38,046 nt of DNA from Halocafeteria seosinensis (Eukaryota), in contig LVLI01000574.1 in NCBI GenBank assembly GCA_001687465.1, positions 1 to 38,046 on the forward strand, given 5' to 3'. The translations under genes and the position numbers were made by a program. Of the stretch, positions 31,906 to 38,046 are shown in pieces (positions within the stretch are counted from its first letter, which is position 1; each line of letters starts with the position of its first letter). Below the pieces are notes generated by a model that saw only the letters and a list, made by a program, of their open reading frames with translations, was not told the origin of the DNA and made no database searches.

Positions 31906-33939
31906 TTACTCCTTTTCACTTGTACTTGCGTTCATCATAGGATTTTGATGTTCGGAAGTGCCTTCTTGGGGAAAGTGTCGGGAACTCTGACCTGAAGATT
32001 TCTTTCGAGGAGTTCTACCGCGAACTTTCGGCGGACCCCTTCGAGAAGCAGAAGAAACAGATCTGACTGGGCCAGACATGTTTGGGCTGCTGTCGGCCGC
32101 TTTTCTCGCATCTCTCGCCAAATTTATCGGCTCAGGAACAGGGTATTTTCTGAATTTCCTATGAATAAGGTAAACGGCGACACAAACAAAAACCACGGCA
32201 ACGCCCAGAGTAAGTCCCAGCAACGCGGGCAAGCCAAGAAGAAGAGAACCGCTTGGCTCCTCAACGCTTTCGTCGCCTCCCACTATGCGTGCACCCTCCA
32301 TCGTATGCCTCCAATTCCTTCTCCTATTTCCATCAACACCGTTAAGATACACATCAATGTCTTGAGACTCGTCATCAAGCTGTCGAAGGCTCCGTCGATT
32401 GCGTTCTTTCGCATTTGTGACTCCATGAATACGGACATTGCCAACGCTAGCACCAGTAGAGTCAGATAGCTTAATGCCTTCCTTAACCACCTTAACTTCT
32501 ATCTGATTTTCGGAGAGATCATCCAGGCTCGCAAGTGCAGCGATTGCAGGATTACCTTCTTTCTTAGAAGTTCCGTATAGCAAGAGCATGTTATCAGATA
32601 CCCAGTGGGCAGAGTACACAGTCTTGAACTGAGACAATATGATTCTTCCACTTAGACAACTCAACCCCGAATTCTCATCTCCAAACTGGCACAGCCATAC
32701 CGCAGGCGCGTCGCTACTGGTGCCAAACATCAAAATTCTCCCGCCGTCAGGAGAGACAGCAAAAACGGGGTCAGTAATAGGAAACTTTTGGTCTATAGTT
32801 GCAGGTCCATCCGTTGGAGGATCAAACGAACCCCACGTAACGATAGCTGTCATAAAGTCCTCATCTTCTGGGCACTTAACGGAAAGCCCCAACGCTGGAG
32901 TTGCATCATCACTAGTACGCAGGCCAAATACCTTGAGAGGGCCTCCAAGTTGGCACAAAACTCTCCGTTCACTCTGCACTCCAAATGCTTTCACCTCCGA
33001 TTCTGCGATGTCATCGGCAGAGTCCGTGGGATTGTAATTAACGGCCATGATTTCAGAGTCTGTTACTGCATAAATATAAACTCTTCCATCTAGATTTTCG
33101 TCCATTGCCAGATGCTTCCCAATGCTGTCTGAACACGACGAGCAAGTGAATATGATTTGCTCGTCTTCCTCGCAAGGCTCCATCGGAGAAGAAATCAAGA
33201 TAGACTTTGTGTCAAAGTAGCCCTGAGCAACCCTACTTTCGACTTCTGTAGTCGCTACATCGTAAGGCGGGCCGAGGTTTTCTTCAGGTATGCAAAACTC
33301 AACTTCTTCCATAACTGACTTGAGTACTTGTAAGTTCGGTTGCGGACCAACATCTGTCGCTGGTACTGTTTCTAGTGGTGAAGTGAATGGTGTCGGTGTA
33401 ATGCTTGGTGTCCTTGTCGGTGTCTCGCTGGCAGTGACCGACGGAGTCGCTGTCCGAGAAGCAGTCCTCGACGGCGTCGATGTCATGGACGCAGTGACGC
33501 TCTGGGAAGGTGTGTTGGACGGAGTGTTTGATGTAGAAGGTGTGTGGGAAGGGGTGCGTGACGCAGAGGGTGTATGGGACGGAGTGCCCGACGTAGAAGG
33601 CGTGTGCGAAGGAGTTCCCGTAGTAGAAGGAGTATGCGAGGGTGTCTCCGAAGGCGATGGCGTTTCACTTGGGGTCCTGGAGGCCGAACTCGTAACACTT
33701 GGTGTTGTCGAAGGGCTACCTGTTGTCGATGGGCTACGCGAAGGGGAAGCACTCTTGGAAGGCGTACTCGATGGAGAGGTAGCCGATTCTGATGATGACT
33801 GTGATGGAGAAGGCGATGTTGACGGTGTGGGAGACTGATCAGCCAGGACTCGCGGCGCATTTTGCGTCATCCACACGCACAAGCACAGCGTTCCAAGCAC
33901 TACAACTGATGTCCCTGTACGCCCCCTCTTCATCTGCAT
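31906..33939 (-). CDS. Type I membrane surface protein, paralogue B (N-terminal mucin-like stalk plus Cys-containing globular domain), single exon, about 677 aa
   Basis: First ATG at 33939 (alternative 33933). Signal-like VVVLGTLCLCVWM, TPS repeats, globular domain, TM (LLLGLPALLGLTLGVAVVFVCVAVYLI) then HRKFRK, tail with HQNPM. Confidence 0.87.
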   Translation of the reverse strand: MQMKRGRTGTSVVVLGTLCLCVWMTQNAPRVLADQSPTPSTSPSPSQSSSESATSPSSTPSKSASPSRSPSTTGSPSTTPSVTSSASRTPSETPSPSETPSHTPSTTGTPSHTPSTSGTPSHTPSASRTPSHTPSTSNTPSNTPSQSVTASMTSTPSRTASRTATPSVTASETPTRTPSITPTPFTSPLETVPATDVGPQPNLQVLKSVMEEVEFCIPEENLGPPYDVATTEVESRVAQGYFDTKSILISSPMEPCEEDEQIIFTCSSCSDSIGKHLAMDENLDGRVYIYAVTDSEIMAVNYNPTDSADDIAESEVKAFGVQSERRVLCQLGGPLKVFGLRTSDDATPALGLSVKCPEDEDFMTAIVTWGSFDPPTDGPATIDQKFPITDPVFAVSPDGGRILMFGTSSDAPAVWLCQFGDENSGLSCLSGRIILSQFKTVYSAHWVSDNMLLLYGTSKKEGNPAIAALASLDDLSENQIEVKVVKEGIKLSDSTGASVGNVRIHGVTNAKERNRRSLRQLDDESQDIDVYLNGVDGNRRRNWRHTMEGARIVGGDESVEEPSGSLLLGLPALLGLTLGVAVVFVCVAVYLIHRKFRKYPVPEPINLARDARKAADSSPNMSGPVRSVSSASRRGPPKVRGRTPRKKSSGQSSRHFPQEGTSEHQNPMMNASTSEKE
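33496..33645 (-). repeat. Five degenerate 30-nt coding tandem repeats (TPSHTPSTxx)
   Basis: TPSHTPSTTG / TPSHTPSTSG / TPSHTPSASR / TPSHTPSTSN / TPSNTPSQSV, with divergence mostly at synonymous positions. Confidence 0.85.
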
Positions 33940-34572
33940 AATTTCTTTTCTTTCCAAGTCGATCGATCGGTTGAAAATCCTCGGCCTCGCCAACGCATAG
34001 AACGCGTTGGGCTCTCAATCTAGCATTCCACTCAAGGTAGTCTCTTCCGCTCAACGTACACTTTTCGGGAGGGAAAACGATGAGGTGCGTCAGACACGTT
34101 TCGACAATCCCAACGACGATGGTACATCTTCCAAACCAGCCTACCAGTGTGTGTCTAACCTCTCTTGACTTCAGTATTGGAGGTTGAAGCGCAAGGCGGG
34201 AGAACAATTGCTGGCAACCTTCCCTGCGGATTCCCCTTTTAACTGTTTTTGGTGGAGTCGCAAGTTGCGACTCCCGTGCCGACGCCGAGAATTCACGGGG
34301 AATTTCAGAATCGACGCCGTGTTAGAAGGCCGACTAGAAGATGGGCTTCTGTTAGTTCGACCAATAGGTTTATATAGTGTAAGCCTTCCGTGAGAACCAC
34401 ACACGGCCAGTATGTGTATGCAGTCCACACATTCCGTGTGCAACGTATCAAATGCTGCCCGAATAACAAGAGCAAAAATGCACATCTATGCGAACACTGC
34501 GGAATAAAAACTGTATATTTTGTATGAAGCGTGAACAACGTCCTTTAACTCCATAGAGAGTAGCCGTCATTC

Positions 34573-37172
34573 CTACCTTTTCTGCCGGTTTTGATGATAC
34601 GGGTTATCGACGTAACTGGCATCGTCATCAGGCGGTGCCCGCCGAGAACTTGGAGATTTCTTGCTCCGTGGCGTGGTAGGCTTCATATATCTGTGACTTC
34701 CTCCGCTCTCCTGACTTGGAGATCTCTCGCGCATATTTTTTCCACCTTCTCCCTTCGGGATCTGAAGCGGTGGCCGGGACAAGCTCGGCCTTGGAGAGTT
34801 TCTAGGAGTGGCTCTAGGCACTCGCACCCCTCTCCGGGTTTTGATTGTCCATTCCGACGTTTGTCCGGGAGTCTGTTTACCTTTTGAGCTAGACTTCTTC
34901 AACACGTAAACTGCCGTACTTAACGTTATAGCAAGAACAACTGCTACGCTGGCACCTACACCCGCTCCCCGTGAACCGGAACTATCACTACTTCCAAACA
35001 ATGTACCATCGTCTTGTGAGTCAGCATCCTCTTCCTTGACGAGGCCCTCAAACTCATGCTCCAGGTTTCTTTCTGAATCATCTTCGTCTTCACCATGTAA
35101 TACCAAAGAAAAGCGTTCCTCTGCGTTCAAGTCCCTCCGTAGCCTTGATGTACCTGTACCAGACTGCAAGCCTATTCCGAAGAACCTATAGTTGCGGAGT
35201 GGTAACCCGTTTTCTCGCAATCGCAAAGCAATGCCTGTAGAAACAGATCTTAATGCGGAGTCATGCAAATCTTCCACGCTTGCCGGAAGACCCAACAGTT
35301 CTGAGAAGACAGCTGCATTCTCCTCCTCCAGGTTGTCAAGTACACCATATATTGCTATAAACTGGCTTGATATCCAAGCCACTCCATCTATTCGTTTCAT
35401 TGCTGGAAAATACAAGCGGAAGGGAAAGCATATAAATTGCCCAGAATGTCCACAAAGGAATGCAGAGCTAGTCCCGCTTGACGCAGTATCTTTACTGAGA
35501 CTGAGGACAAATCTTTGGTCGGGTGAGGTAGCGAAGATCGGATTGCTGATAGAGAATGAGCGTCTTATGTGCAACGAAGTGGCAGATTCTTGTTGGTCTA
35601 CCCATTCATTTGAAGAAAACTCCCCGAAATATGCAATCATTTCCTGATTGTCGCAGTCCATTGAAAAACCGACCAGAATGTGATCATTATCCGTTTCCGA
35701 GATAAATGGTCCCAATTCGTTGGAGAGTTCGCATGCTTGCTTTTCTCCAGAGTTGAAGATGTTTACCGGTTGTGCATCAACAGTCTCATCCGTATAGTGC
35801 AAAGACACAGCAAGCATCTCTCCAGCCGGCCCTTTCCCCGTCGCAAACATGAGAAGCTGGTTTTCTTCCATTTTAAGTGTCTTTACAGATTCGCCAAACT
35901 GTAACTGATCAGAACAAGCCGAACAAGTGATTCGGATCTGATCGTCTTGACAGTCCGCAACAGTTTCAACAGGGGTAAGCAGAAATGATCCTTTGCCACC
36001 TTCACTTTGTGGGTATCCTTCAATCAGCAAACGGGAGTTGGAGAAACTTGGAACCCCAAACACCGAGCTGATGCCCTTGTTCTCCCCCAAGTTAAGGCCT
36101 TGATCAGGAGAGCAGATGTCAGCTTCCTGTAGTCTACTCCTCGTTACTCGCCGGCGAGATACTGGAATAGTGGAGGGTCGAGAAGAGAATGAAGGACTCA
36201 CTGAAGGAGTCCCTGATGGAGTCTGCGGAAGTACAGTAAAACGCACTCAAGAAAGTCTATGATCATCGGAGCTTATGGCAGATTTTCTTACAGAAGTTTG
36301 GGACGGCGTCCTAGTAGTAGTCTGCCGAGCAGAAACGAGATGTACGGATAAAGCTTACTTTCTAGCATGCATCAGTGTTCAAATGAAGCACTTACAGGTG
36401 TTACCGAAGGAGTACGTGTGCCTGTACCTGTATTGGAAGGTGTCGTTGTTGGAGTGGGCGTGACACTTGCGGTTCCGGTAGGAGTGTTCGAAGGCGTTCG
36501 GGTTTCCGTTCTCGTAGGCGTAGGTGTGCCCGTGTTGCTGGCGGTGACGCTTGACGAGGCAGTTCTGGAAGCCGTTACCGAGGCGGTAACAGAAGGTGTT
36601 GCCGTTTCCGACGGAGTAACAGACGTAGTTGGAGTTACAGTGCTCGAAGAACTTGGTGTCGCCGTTACCGAACTTGTGGATGTTCTTGAGGGTGTTCCAG
36701 TGGAAGAGGTCGTTACTGAAGGTGTCTGAGTTTTGCTACTGCTTGCCGAAGAAGTCAAAGTTTGGCTTGGTGTTCCCGATGGAGTCAGGGTGACCGATGG
36801 AGTCTCGGACCAACTGGGTGTGACTGATGGCGTTTCTGCAGGTGTTCCACTAACAGATGGCGTCCACGATGCCGACGCTGTAATGGATGGCGTTTCTGAG
36901 GGAGACCCACTTAAAGATGGCGTCCATGATGCCGAAGCGGTGATGGATGGTGTCTCCGAGGGAGACCAAGTTGCCGAGGAAGTTATCGATGCACTTACGC
37001 TGGGTGAAGGGCTGATGCTGGGAGAGGGACTTCCGCTGTCTTGCGCCGCCGTCGCTCTGGTTACAATCGCTGTACATGTGAGGCCAATGAGCAACCAAAG
37101 GTTTCTCTCCCTCCACATAGGAGGGGTGGTTCCAGGCTTCGTATAGCGTGCTTTCATCGTTGTCCCCGACAT
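34573..37172 (-). CDS. Type I membrane surface protein, paralogue C (N-terminal mucin-like stalk plus Cys-containing globular domain), 3 exons including a 30-nt microexon, about 818 aa
   Basis: Exons 37172-36396, 36321-36292, 36222-34573 (donors GTAAGT and GTAAGA, both phase 0). Signal-like LWLLIGLTCTAIVTRATAA, TPS stalk, globular domain, TM (AGVGASVAVVLAITLSTAVYVL) then KK, tail with YVDNPY. The true start may be one of the downstream Mets. Confidence 0.85.
36834..36953 (-). repeat. Two 60-nt coding tandem repeats (TPSITASASWTPSxSGxPxE)
   Basis: TPSITASASWTPSLSGSPSE / TPSITASASWTPSVSGTPAE; the 60-nt period is visible in the DNA. Confidence 0.85.
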
Positions 37173-38046
37173 ATCCGCCCAAGAAGCGTCTAACGTGAGC
37201 GTTCTTGGAACACCAAGACTTCAGTACCCCATTCCGACGAAGAGACGCGCCATCAGACGAAATGGTATTGAGCTGATATCTATGCATAAACAAATAGTAG
37301 GTCCAACAATATTTTGCATCCGAGAAAACAAGGCGAGCGCTGTTGTTGTTTGTCGCGCAAAGACGGATCGCAAACTGCGACCTGGAAACTGGCTAACAGG
37401 CCGATAACTGACATACGATGCAACCTGTTGGAGTTTCAGCTCAGAGGTCGCTCCCTCACCTTCTCCAATCGCATCCTCACCCTTTTCCGGCGCTGTTGCT
37501 GCTAGATTCATTCATGTACTGATCAAATTGTTCAAGCCCTAAATCCAGAGGCAGACTCCGGCCATCATTAGTCATTGATTCATGACTTAGGTTCTTGTGG
37601 CACGCCAACCCGAGGAAGGGGAATGGAAAAAGACTTGTTGTTGTTGCCTACAGCATGTTTCAAACTTATATGCATAGCATAGCACCATCTCATAGTCGTA
37701 TCGATCGTTGATTTGGGGTCTTTTTTTCGAGAATGACGTTTTTGGGAGACAAAAAGCAAATTTAGAGTTTCCCGTCCCGGCAAGACTACTGTAGAGTTTT
37801 TCAACCGAGCAAACCCCCTCCTTGTTAGGTGGTGGGGCTGGGACACTTCATTAACCTACTGTACTCTTGCAATTGTGAAACTTCAGATTTGACTCTCTTA
37901 TCGTAAAAAACTCTAGATTTGCCTTTTCAAATTTTTTGCATTGACTTCGCTCGCATCAGGTTAAAGGAAGTTTGTACCGGTAGCTACAGAGCCAACTGAA
38001 ACGACAAAACATAAAAGAAGAAAAAAATGGCTGCGATACATACCGC

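Noticed and set aside
33496..33645. Regular 30-nt periodicity resembling a CRISPR or satellite array
   Set aside because: It is a contiguous coding repeat with synonymous divergence, no spacers and no cas genes.
29792..37146. Long plus-strand Val/Gly/Glu-rich ORFs (29792-30667, 33290-33838, 36367-36729, 36733-37146)
   Set aside because: They are antisense shadows of Ser/Thr/Pro repeat codons, which rarely create stops on the opposite strand. The minus-strand genes have signal peptides, TM helices and valid splice sites.
38027..38046. Possible start of a downstream gene (AAAAATGGCTGCG...)
   Set aside because: Only six codons are visible at the window edge, too little to support a call.

Overview
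Gene-dense eukaryotic nuclear DNA, most likely a unicellular protist (inference; the taxon cannot be fixed from sequence alone). It uses the standard genetic code and has short spliceosomal introns of about 64-143 nt (donors GTAAG/GTACG/GTGCG/GTATG, YAG acceptors). Twelve protein-coding gene models were rebuilt by hand with phase-consistent splicing: DNA polymerase alpha subunit B (with a probable GC-AG intron), a DUF218/YdcF-like protein, a possible DUF4708/C18orf63-like protein, a probable Treslin/TICRR (Sld3) homologue, mitochondrial GatB, a large acidic disordered protein, LST8, a 2338-aa protein with three PHD-zinc knuckle-ePHD modules, a Rab8/Rab1-like GTPase with a long N-terminal extension, and three tandem, divergent, paralogous single-pass surface proteins. 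The most interesting element is that last trio. Each has a mucin-like Ser/Thr/Pro stalk, a shared 8-Cys globular domain with degenerate FG-GAP (integrin-alpha-like) motifs, basic RxL(R)-acidic candidate processing sites and a conserved NP tail motif; in one copy the stalk sits inside the globular domain. The two DNA replication genes also share an upstream TGAATTTGAAT (CHR-like) motif. No tRNA, rRNA, CRISPR array or autonomous transposon was recognised.
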